Assembly: GCF_015487065.1 (NCBI RefSeq)
Contig: NZ_WFQN01000137.1
Coordinates: 1 to 49,846, forward strand
Reading direction: 5' to 3'
Source: Nitratifractor sp.
GTDB lineage: Bacteria; Campylobacterota; Campylobacteria; Campylobacterales; Sulfurovaceae
DNA: 49,846 nucleotides
Below are positions 28,688 to 36,817 of this stretch, in pieces. The position numbers and the translations under genes are program-made. A model generated the notes under the pieces. That model ran no database searches, was not told where the DNA came from, and saw only the letters and a list, made by a program, of their open reading frames with translations. The first letter of the stretch is position 1. Every line of letters begins with the position of its first letter.

Positions 28688-29562
28688 TGCGATTGCTCTG
28701 GCTCTCGGCTCTGGCTTGCAACGGCAATGCCCACGCTCTGCTCAACTATCCGGATTTCGAAGAGTGGCAGAAGGGGTTCGAGTGGCTTTACCATCCTTTG
28801 CTACCTTCCACCTACTCTTTGATCGAAGTGGAGAAAGGGATCGACGGTGTCGAGGTGCTGATCGTCGAGGGGACACTGGAAAAGGGAATGACGAAAAACA
28901 CAATTCCTTTCCAACACCTGCTGGAGCGATACGCTTCGCAAGCGAAATGGATCCTGACGGTGGGAACCTGTGCGACTTTCGGCGGGATTTTCGCCCGGGG
29001 AGGAGCGGATCGCAACGGCGTACACTTTTCAGGCGAGGAGCAGCTTGAAGAGTTCACCGAATTCTGGGAAAAGAGTATCAGCCTCCCGGGGTGTCCGGTT
29101 CAGCCTGAGATCCTCGCCGGGACCCTGTCGCTGCTGAAAGAAGCTTCGCCTCTTCCGCTGGACCGGATGCATCGCCCCAAATACTTCTACGCCTATACGG
29201 TGCATGACGGCTGTACCCGCAACGAATATTTTGAATACAAGATCGACGAGCATCGCTTCGGTCGCCTGGAAGGGTGTATGTTCTATGAACACGGTTGTCA
29301 AGGGACCTTTACTCATGGTAGCTGCAATAAAATCCTCTGGAACGGCGTCAATTCCAAAACCCGTGCCGGTCAGCCCTGTATGGGATGTACCGAACCGACT
29401 TTCCCTCGGGAAGGGCTCTGGCGAACTCCCAAACATATGGGGATTCCCGCTCATATGCCTCTCGGAGTTCCAAGACGGGCCTATCTGAGTCTGGCCGGTA
29501 TCGCCAAAGCATTTCGAATTGAGCGTTTTTATCGTCCCTTGATGGAGGATGAGAATGGCTGA
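28687..29562 (+). CDS. hupS: Cytoplasmic group 2 [NiFe]-hydrogenase small subunit
   Basis: WLSALACNGN, VGTCATFGG, LPGCP, HDGCTRNEYF, PCMGCTEP; no Tat signal. Confidence 0.85.
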   Translation: MRLLWLSALACNGNAHALLNYPDFEEWQKGFEWLYHPLLPSTYSLIEVEKGIDGVEVLIVEGTLEKGMTKNTIPFQHLLERYASQAKWILTVGTCATFGGIFARGGADRNGVHFSGEEQLEEFTEFWEKSISLPGCPVQPEILAGTLSLLKEASPLPLDRMHRPKYFYAYTVHDGCTRNEYFEYKIDEHRFGRLEGCMFYEHGCQGTFTHGSCNKILWNGVNSKTRAGQPCMGCTEPTFPREGLWRTPKHMGIPAHMPLGVPRRAYLSLAGIAKAFRIERFYRPLMEDENG

Positions 29563-30817
29563 AGTCCGCCTGGAGCTTATCGAAAAGATCGAAGGTGAAG
29601 CCCAGGTCCGCTACCACTACGAAGAAGAGCAGGTCACTTTCGCCGAGATCCTTTTTCTCAACAGCCGCCATATTGAGAGGATCCTGCAGGGACGGGATCC
29701 TCTCGATGCTTTGAGCATCAATCCGCGGGTCTGCGGCATCTGCGGCCATGCCCATCTGATAGCCACCGTGCGGGCCCTGGAAGGGTGCTTCGAGGGTTTG
29801 CGGATCAGTGATAAGGCTCGCAACGTCCGGGAATTGACGCTGAGCCTGGAGCTTTTGCAGAATCATTTCAAATGGTTTTATCTGACGATCCTGCCGCTTC
29901 TGGAACTGGAGGCCCCACTGAAGCGGGCGCTGGAGCCCGCCCGGATCGCGGGAGAGATGATCGCGTTGTTGGCGGGGCAGTACCCCCATACCAGCTATGC
30001 GATTCCCGGAGGGATCTGCGGAGAGATCACTCCGGTAGATCTGTTGGAGTTTCGGCATCGCCTGCGTCGTTTACAAGCGTTGTTTCGTCACACTGTCGTG
30101 GATGTGGAGCTTGAAGAGTTCGTACGCTGTGAACGGATCGAAGAGCTCTTGGACAAAAGCGGCGATCTGCCAAAAGCCATGCGCCGGATTTTCGATCGCG
30201 GCTGGGAACGGCTGGGACAGAGTCACGACCGATTCATCGTCTTTGGCGAGGGGCTCTTCCGTCCCGGGAAATCGGTAGGGACCCGTCTGCGGAAACATCT
30301 GGACCTACGCTATGTACAAGAGGACGTCGTTCCCGGCACTCAGGCCCGCAAGGTCGTCTATCGGGATCGGCCCTATGAAACAGGCTCTCTGGCCCGGGCC
30401 ATGGTGATGAAGACTCCACTGGTGCGGGAAGCACACCGGCGCTATCGTGATTCGCTCTTTACCCGTATCTTGGCAAGGATCTGTGAAATTCCCCGTTTGA
30501 TCGGCTATCTCGACAGACTTTTGAAGGAGATCGATCTGACCCAGGAGGCCTGGATCGATCCGGGCCCGTTCCCCTCCGAGACAGAGGGGACAGGTATCGT
30601 CGAAGCGGCACGGGGATCGCTGATCCACCGGGTTTCGATCCGTGAGGGGAAGATTCGGGAGTATGAGATCATCACCCCCACCCAGTGGAATCTGGGAAAC
30701 GGCACACCGGAGGATCCGGGAGTGGCCCAAGAGGCTCTTGTCGGCCTGCATCGGGAGGATCCGACGGAGCTGGTTTTCAAATCCTTCGATGTCTGCAGTG
30801 TCTGTACAACCCATTGA
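29555..30817 (+). CDS. hupL: Cytoplasmic group 2 [NiFe]-hydrogenase large subunit
   Basis: PRVCGICGHAH; ends DVCSVCTTH with no cleavable C-terminal extension. Confidence 0.88.
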   Translation: MAEVRLELIEKIEGEAQVRYHYEEEQVTFAEILFLNSRHIERILQGRDPLDALSINPRVCGICGHAHLIATVRALEGCFEGLRISDKARNVRELTLSLELLQNHFKWFYLTILPLLELEAPLKRALEPARIAGEMIALLAGQYPHTSYAIPGGICGEITPVDLLEFRHRLRRLQALFRHTVVDVELEEFVRCERIEELLDKSGDLPKAMRRIFDRGWERLGQSHDRFIVFGEGLFRPGKSVGTRLRKHLDLRYVQEDVVPGTQARKVVYRDRPYETGSLARAMVMKTPLVREAHRRYRDSLFTRILARICEIPRLIGYLDRLLKEIDLTQEAWIDPGPFPSETEGTGIVEAARGSLIHRVSIREGKIREYEIITPTQWNLGNGTPEDPGVAQEALVGLHREDPTELVFKSFDVCSVCTTH

Positions 30818-30935
30818 TACGACAGATCTGACTGGGGTCGGTCCGATTTATATATAAGAAATTAAAATTTTTACATTTTTTTAAATAAAATCACCCCGAT
30901 TTAAATGTAGGGTAAGCTTTACTCTTTTAAGATGG

Positions 30936-30952
30936 TGAATGATTATTCATTC
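30936..30952. promoter_or_regulatory. Putative repressor operator upstream of hydA
   Basis: TGAATGATTATTCATTC, between a TAAGAT -10 candidate and the GGAGG RBS. Confidence 0.6.
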
Positions 30953-30963
30953 GGAGGTATCAG

Positions 30964-32184
30964 ATGGACAGACGTGACGCATTGGCCAAAATGTTCAGCG
31001 CCAAAGGGGTACGGGTCAACACCAACCGGGGTGAGGCCTATTACGACAAGCTGCGGAAAATTATGGAGAAACGCCTGAGTGAGCTGCGGGAGGCACCTGC
31101 GGCGACCAAGGTGGATATTCACAAGGTGCTCGAAGCCGAAGGGCTGAGTCGACGGGATTTCATGAAATGGGCCAGTGCGATCACGGCGATGCTGATGCTG
31201 CCGGGCTCTTTCACCCCGTTGGTAGCCGAAGCGGCGGAGCTGATGAACCGGGTGCCGATCATCTGGATCGAGCTGCAGGATTGTGCCGGCAACTCCGAAG
31301 CGATCTTGCGCTCTGATTCTCCCACCATCGATGAGTTGATCCTGGAGACGATCGACCTGGAGTTCAATGAAACGTTGATGGCGGCGGCAGGCCATCAGGC
31401 CGAAGCCCATCTGGACGAAGCGATGGAAACGTTCAAGGGGAAATATCTTTGTGTCGTTGAAGGCTCCATTCCCGTCGGTCCCGGGAAAGAATGGTGCACC
31501 ATCGGCGCCAAAGGAGAAACCTTCGAAGAGCATCTACTCAGGGTTGCGGGCGATAGTGCCGCCGTTGTGGCCGTGGGAACCTGTGCGACATTCGGCGGTG
31601 TGCCCGCGGCGGCACCCAACCCCACTGGGGCCGTGGGAGTTCAGGATATCGTCAAAGGCAAGCCGATCATCAACATCCCCGCTTGTCCCGCCAACCCGGC
31701 CAACATCACCGGGACGATTCTGCACTTCGTCCTAACAGGACAGATTCCGGAGCTCGATCACCTCAACCGCCCCAAGTTCGCTTTCGGCTATCGGATTCAC
31801 GATAACTGTGAGCGTCGTGCGCATTTTGACGCCGGTGAGTTTGTCGAAGAGTGGGGTGACGAAGGAGCGCAGAACAACTGGTGTCTCTATAAAATGGGTT
31901 GCAAAGGTCCTATGACCTTCAATAACTGCTCGGTAGTCCGATATAACAGCGGCACCAACTGGCCCATCGGTGCCGGTCACGGCTGTATCGGTTGTTCCGA
32001 GCCGCAATTTTGGGATAAATACGCCACCGAACGTCCCATGGCAGACAGTCATATCAAAGCGCCGACCGGCGGTGTGGAAAAAACGGTCGATCAGTTTGGC
32101 CTGGGGCTTTTGACAGCAGCGGGTGTGGGTATCGCCATTCACGCGGCGGCGAGTGCAGTAGCAGGTAAAAAAGACGAGGAGTAA
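30964..32184 (+). CDS. hydA: Membrane-bound group 1b [NiFe]-hydrogenase small subunit
   Basis: Tat motif SRRDFMK, FeS Cys motifs, C-terminal TM. Confidence 0.95.
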   Translation: MDRRDALAKMFSAKGVRVNTNRGEAYYDKLRKIMEKRLSELREAPAATKVDIHKVLEAEGLSRRDFMKWASAITAMLMLPGSFTPLVAEAAELMNRVPIIWIELQDCAGNSEAILRSDSPTIDELILETIDLEFNETLMAAAGHQAEAHLDEAMETFKGKYLCVVEGSIPVGPGKEWCTIGAKGETFEEHLLRVAGDSAAVVAVGTCATFGGVPAAAPNPTGAVGVQDIVKGKPIINIPACPANPANITGTILHFVLTGQIPELDHLNRPKFAFGYRIHDNCERRAHFDAGEFVEEWGDEGAQNNWCLYKMGCKGPMTFNNCSVVRYNSGTNWPIGAGHGCIGCSEPQFWDKYATERPMADSHIKAPTGGVEKTVDQFGLGLLTAAGVGIAIHAAASAVAGKKDEE

Positions 32185-32186
32185 TC

Positions 32187-33932
32187 ATGAGCAGCAAACA
32201 TATCATCGTAGACCCCATTACCCGGATCGAAGGACACCTCCGCATCGAAGCGGTAATCGACGAAAACAACGTGATCAAAGATGCGTTCGCCAGCTCCACG
32301 ATGTTCCGCGGGATCGAAACGATCCTCAAAGGGCGTGATCCCCGGGACGCCGGGCTTTTGGCCATGCGAATTTGCGGCGTCTGTACCGGGACCCACTACC
32401 AGCGTTCCATCGAAGCGGTCGAACATGCCTTCAGCGTCAAGATCCCCAAAAATGCCCGTCTGGTACGCAATCTGATGCAGGGGGCTCTCTACATCCACGA
32501 CCATGTGGTGCACTTCTATCACCTGCATGGCCTGGACTGGATCGATATCACGCAGGCCCTCAAAGCCGATCCCGTTAAAGCCTCCCAAGAGGCATTCAGA
32601 TGGACGGATACTCCCTATGGAACAGGTGCCGGAGAATTGCGTGCGGTTCAGGAGCGGTTGCAGAAATTTGTCAAACAGGGACGATTGGGACTCTTTGCCA
32701 ACGGCTACTGGGGCAACAAACATTACAAACTGACTCCCGAGCAGAACCTCATCGGCGTGGCCCACTACCTGGAGGCTCTGGATATGCAGCGGGATATGTC
32801 CAAACTGATGGCGATCTACGGTGGAAAGATGCCCCACCCCCAGAGCATCGTCGTCGGCGGGGTTACCTGTGTCCAGGATATCCAGAATCCTGCCCGCAAC
32901 GCCGAGTTCAAATCGATTCTTACCAAGGCCAGGAACTTCATCAAAAACGCCTATCTGGCCGATATCGCCATGGCGGGTACCGTCTATGCCGACGAGGCGC
33001 TTGACGGTACCGGTGCGGGACTGAAAAATTATATGGCCTACGGCGGTTTCCGGCTCGACGACAACGACTTTTACAAAGCAAGCCTTCTCTTCCCCGGCGG
33101 TGTCGTACTCAACGGCGACCTGAGCAAGGTTTACCCCTTCGATCAGGCCAAAGTGACCGAAGATGTCACCCACAGTTGGTATGACGCACCGGCCCCCCAG
33201 CATCCTTTCGACGGGACGACCAACCCCCACTATACCGGCTTGGAGAAAAAATCCGACGGATTGGCCTATCTCAAAACAGAGGAGAAATACAGCTGGATCA
33301 AAGCGCCGGTCTACGACGGTCATCGCGTCGAAGTGGGTCCGCTGGCACGGATGGTGGTGGGCGTCGCTTCAAAAGACGAGCGGATCACCAAGTACGTGAC
33401 GGGCTTCCTGGATCGTCTGGGCCATCTGCTGGGTCTGGACAAATCGGCCCCGGCCAATGTGCTTTTCTCCACCGTGGGGCGTACCGCCGCACGAGCTATC
33501 GAGAGCGAAATGATGGCAGATGTGATGATGGAGTGGATCGATGAACTCGCCGCCAATGTCGCCGCGGGAGACAAAAGCACCTGGACGGAGTTTGATTTTG
33601 ATACCGTCAGCAAAGATGCCAAAGGGTACGGTCTCGAAGAGGCGCCTCGGGGGGCTCTGGGCCATTGGGTCAAGATCAAAGACGGCAAAATCGAGAACTA
33701 CCAGGCGGTGGTCCCCTCCACCTGGAACGCATCGCCCCGGGACGGAAAGGGACGGATGGGGGCCTACGAGGCAGCACTCATCGGCACCAAGGTGGCCGAC
33801 CCCGAACAGCCCCTGGAGATCCTGCGTACGGTGCATAGTTTCGATCCCTGTATCGCCTGTGCCGTGCATATCGTCGATACCAAGGGCAAAGAGCTGGGTA
33901 GTTTCAAAGTCAGCACCAGCTGTAGCGTCTAA
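32187..33932 (+). CDS. hydB: Group 1b [NiFe]-hydrogenase large subunit
   Basis: DPITRIEGH, RICGVC, DPCIACAVH plus C-terminal extension. Confidence 0.97.
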   Translation: MSSKHIIVDPITRIEGHLRIEAVIDENNVIKDAFASSTMFRGIETILKGRDPRDAGLLAMRICGVCTGTHYQRSIEAVEHAFSVKIPKNARLVRNLMQGALYIHDHVVHFYHLHGLDWIDITQALKADPVKASQEAFRWTDTPYGTGAGELRAVQERLQKFVKQGRLGLFANGYWGNKHYKLTPEQNLIGVAHYLEALDMQRDMSKLMAIYGGKMPHPQSIVVGGVTCVQDIQNPARNAEFKSILTKARNFIKNAYLADIAMAGTVYADEALDGTGAGLKNYMAYGGFRLDDNDFYKASLLFPGGVVLNGDLSKVYPFDQAKVTEDVTHSWYDAPAPQHPFDGTTNPHYTGLEKKSDGLAYLKTEEKYSWIKAPVYDGHRVEVGPLARMVVGVASKDERITKYVTGFLDRLGHLLGLDKSAPANVLFSTVGRTAARAIESEMMADVMMEWIDELAANVAAGDKSTWTEFDFDTVSKDAKGYGLEEAPRGALGHWVKIKDGKIENYQAVVPSTWNASPRDGKGRMGAYEAALIGTKVADPEQPLEILRTVHSFDPCIACAVHIVDTKGKELGSFKVSTSCSV

Positions 33933-33943
33933 AGGAGGCAGTC

Positions 33944-34648
33944 ATGAAAGCCGGATACAAACGCGTCAAACGGATGACGCTCTTTATGCGGATCAACCAC
34001 TGGGTGGTGGCGATCTGTATGGTGGCGGCGGTGATCACCGGACTCTATATCGGGCACCCCTACTATCAGACGTTGATTGCCGAGCCTGCTGTGGACAAAT
34101 ATGTGATGGCCTGGAACCGTTGGGTGCATCTGATCGCTGCCATTATTTTTGATGTCAGCTCCGTCGTTATCGCCTATCTCTACTTTTTCAGCCGCTTTGA
34201 AAAGCCGATTCTCAAAGTAATCCCGACACCTAAGAATATCAAAGAGTTCTTTGCGGTCTTTATTAATCTGATCACCTTCAATCGGGTCAAAAAATTCGAT
34301 TCCAGCCATGCCGATAGTTTCAATACGGTCTATTTCCTGATCTTCCATCTGTTGCTTGCGTGGATGCTCTTTACAGGACTGCAGCTTTACGTCCAAGGAC
34401 TGGAGAGTGGGCATAGCAGCATCGGCGACTGGTGGCCCGCTGTGCTTCACTTGGCAACCGACTGGACCGTAGGGGTGACCGGCGGTACCTACATGGATGT
34501 GCGTATCAGTCACCATATGACGATGTATTTCCTCATCGCCTGGGTGATGTTCCATATCTATTATCAGGTCTGGCGCAACATCTATTGGCAGGAAGGCGAT
34601 ATCGCCATCGTCTTCGGCGGCAGTAAATTTGTCAAAGAGAAAGAATAA
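33944..34648 (+). CDS. hydC: Hydrogenase cytochrome b subunit
   Basis: RINHW, WVHL, SHH, FHIY heme histidines; 4 TMs. Confidence 0.93.
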   Translation: MKAGYKRVKRMTLFMRINHWVVAICMVAAVITGLYIGHPYYQTLIAEPAVDKYVMAWNRWVHLIAAIIFDVSSVVIAYLYFFSRFEKPILKVIPTPKNIKEFFAVFINLITFNRVKKFDSSHADSFNTVYFLIFHLLLAWMLFTGLQLYVQGLESGHSSIGDWWPAVLHLATDWTVGVTGGTYMDVRISHHMTMYFLIAWVMFHIYYQVWRNIYWQEGDIAIVFGGSKFVKEKE

Positions 34649-34659
34649 AACGAAAAATC

Positions 34660-34700
34660 GAGTGCTCCGGAAGATATCGGAGCACTCCTTTGTTCGTTTT
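34660..34700 (+). terminator. Intrinsic terminator/stem-loop after hydC
   Basis: GAGTGCTCCG-N8-CGGAGCACTC followed by CTTTGTTCGTTTT. Confidence 0.75.
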
Positions 34701-34702
34701 AA

Positions 34703-35281
34703 ATGTTGATCGAAGGGGAAACGTTGCGCATAGCGGTTGTAGGGGCGGGAACAGTAATTTTTCGGGATGAAGGAGTAGGGGTCTATGCCCAGCGATATCT
34801 GGCGGAAAATTACGACTTTGACGGTGATGTGACGCTGGTCGACGGCGGCGTACTGGGGTTTCAGCTCATGACCTATTACACCGATTATGACAAGGTAATT
34901 ATCCTTGATACGATCACGATGAAAGATGATGGTCCCGGGGCGATTTACAATATCCCTGGAGAGATGCTTTTGGGGCTGGGGAGCTACAAACAGACCGCTC
35001 ACGAGGTGGAGATCGTAGAGATGCTGGAGATCGCCGCGCTCAACGGCAATCTCAGCGATGTCAATATCATCGGGATCGTTCCTGAGGATATCCTGAGTGT
35101 CAAAGCGGGGCTGAGCGATACGCTCAAAAATGCCTTCCCCGCTTTTGTCAACACCGCTTTGGAAGAGTTGAAAAAAAGCGGGGTCGAATACAGATTGAAA
35201 CCTACGCATCTGAACCTCGATGCGGTGATCGACTTCTATGCCAACCCTACCGCTCCTCGGAAGATAGGAGACATGGGATAA
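34703..35281 (+). CDS. hydD: Hydrogenase maturation protease
   Basis: IAVVGAG..IFRDEGVGV, LVDGG, TAHEV. Confidence 0.92.
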   Translation: MLIEGETLRIAVVGAGTVIFRDEGVGVYAQRYLAENYDFDGDVTLVDGGVLGFQLMTYYTDYDKVIILDTITMKDDGPGAIYNIPGEMLLGLGSYKQTAHEVEIVEMLEIAALNGNLSDVNIIGIVPEDILSVKAGLSDTLKNAFPAFVNTALEELKKSGVEYRLKPTHLNLDAVIDFYANPTAPRKIGDMG

Positions 35282-35359
35282 GAAACAAACGTTTCATCGG
35301 GGCAACCCCTTTGTTCTCATTGGAGTGATGAATAACAATTACCGATTCAAAGGATTACT

Positions 35360-36781
35360 ATGTCTATCGTCCAGACCATCAAATTCAAAATCGAACACAA
35401 ATATTTCGCCGGTTTTCTCCAAGCCGCTATCGATGAATGCGGTGTCAAAGGGAGTGTCGAACAACAGGGCAAAACGATCACACTGATTCTCTCCGAAGAG
35501 GATCCCGCCGCACTGGAGCGTTTCAGTGCCTATACGCAAAAGTATCTGCCGCATTCGATCTTTTTGGGAGAGATCACAACGGAACGGGCCGATACCGAAC
35601 CGAAAGCCGAGCGTTTTCGCTCCCCCGCCTATGCGCTGGCTCCCTGCCCGCGCTGTCTGGAGGAGATCACCGATCCCGCCAGTGACCGCTACCTGGATGA
35701 CACGGTCCTTTGCGCCCATTATGCCAATGAAGAAATCTACGAGGATCAAGATAGCACCTACTTCTCCCCTCATTATAACGGCAACAATACGGTTCTGCTT
35801 TGTGACGCTTCGAAAGTACGGGATCTCTTTCTCGTCACCGACGAAGAGGTCAAAGCACTTTTTTCTATCGAGAAGCCGACACTCAAGGTCACCGTAAAAG
35901 ATCCGGAACTTCAGGCCCTCACCGGCAAAAAATTCCTCCGCATCAAAGCTCCCTACAATGTCAAAAGCGTTTTGGCGGCCCTCAATGCCAAGGAAAGCGG
36001 TATCGACACGCTTTTTTTCGACGAGCGAAAAGGGGAACCGGAACTGATATTGGTCCAGGAACATCGCCATATGGTCCGGGATAACCGAATCAGTACAGCA
36101 CTGGAACCTCTGCATGACGATCTGGTACTCAACCGTTTCCTCAATGTTCGGAGTGAGACCGGGGCTTCGGAAGCTATAGGAGCCTATCTGAGTCGAAGCC
36201 ATGGAGTGAGTTTCCCCGTTGCCACCGCGATGGGGGTGGAAAAGGCCATTACTTTCGAACCTTTCGATCCAGCTGCGGTTATAGAAGCGATGATGACGGA
36301 TCCGACTCGTCGGCGGCTTTTGGAGAATTTCACCCGAGGCTTTCCCGAAGCGGCCCATCGTCTTTCCGAGTCGTTGGATGCAGACCTGTTTCAGGCCTTG
36401 GGTATCGTCCTGGAGCTTGATAATCCGGGATTCGACTCCCTCAGTGACGCGTCGTTGGAGTTTCATGGAAACGGCGGGCTCAAGATCGATATGAATTTCA
36501 ACGATGAGGGGTTCGACTATGCCGCCATGCTGGGGTCGGTGATGAGTTTCCGCCTTGCCGGTACCGAATCGCATTATCTGGCCTATAGCATTTTCGAAGC
36601 CTATGGGGATATGGTAGTATCGGTCCTGGGGCAATTGAAACGAGAATACAAAATCGATACCTTCCTTTTGATGGGAGATCTTTTCGCCAATTCGGTCCTT
36701 TTCAGCCGGATCCTGAGCAAATTCCAAATTTCCAAACCCTATTTCTCCGACCGAATCGCTCTGGATAGCGCGGAGGCATGA
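35360..36781 (+). CDS. hydE: HydE-like hydrogenase accessory protein (Campylobacterota type)
   Basis: Position after hydD; degenerate HypF-like features (PCPRC, EKP, LMGDLFAN). Confidence 0.75.
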   Translation: MSIVQTIKFKIEHKYFAGFLQAAIDECGVKGSVEQQGKTITLILSEEDPAALERFSAYTQKYLPHSIFLGEITTERADTEPKAERFRSPAYALAPCPRCLEEITDPASDRYLDDTVLCAHYANEEIYEDQDSTYFSPHYNGNNTVLLCDASKVRDLFLVTDEEVKALFSIEKPTLKVTVKDPELQALTGKKFLRIKAPYNVKSVLAALNAKESGIDTLFFDERKGEPELILVQEHRHMVRDNRISTALEPLHDDLVLNRFLNVRSETGASEAIGAYLSRSHGVSFPVATAMGVEKAITFEPFDPAAVIEAMMTDPTRRRLLENFTRGFPEAAHRLSESLDADLFQALGIVLELDNPGFDSLSDASLEFHGNGGLKIDMNFNDEGFDYAAMLGSVMSFRLAGTESHYLAYSIFEAYGDMVVSVLGQLKREYKIDTFLLMGDLFANSVLFSRILSKFQISKPYFSDRIALDSAEA

Positions 36782-36817
36782 TGCCGATGGATCCTCAAAG
36801 AATCGAGGAAGGCTTTC

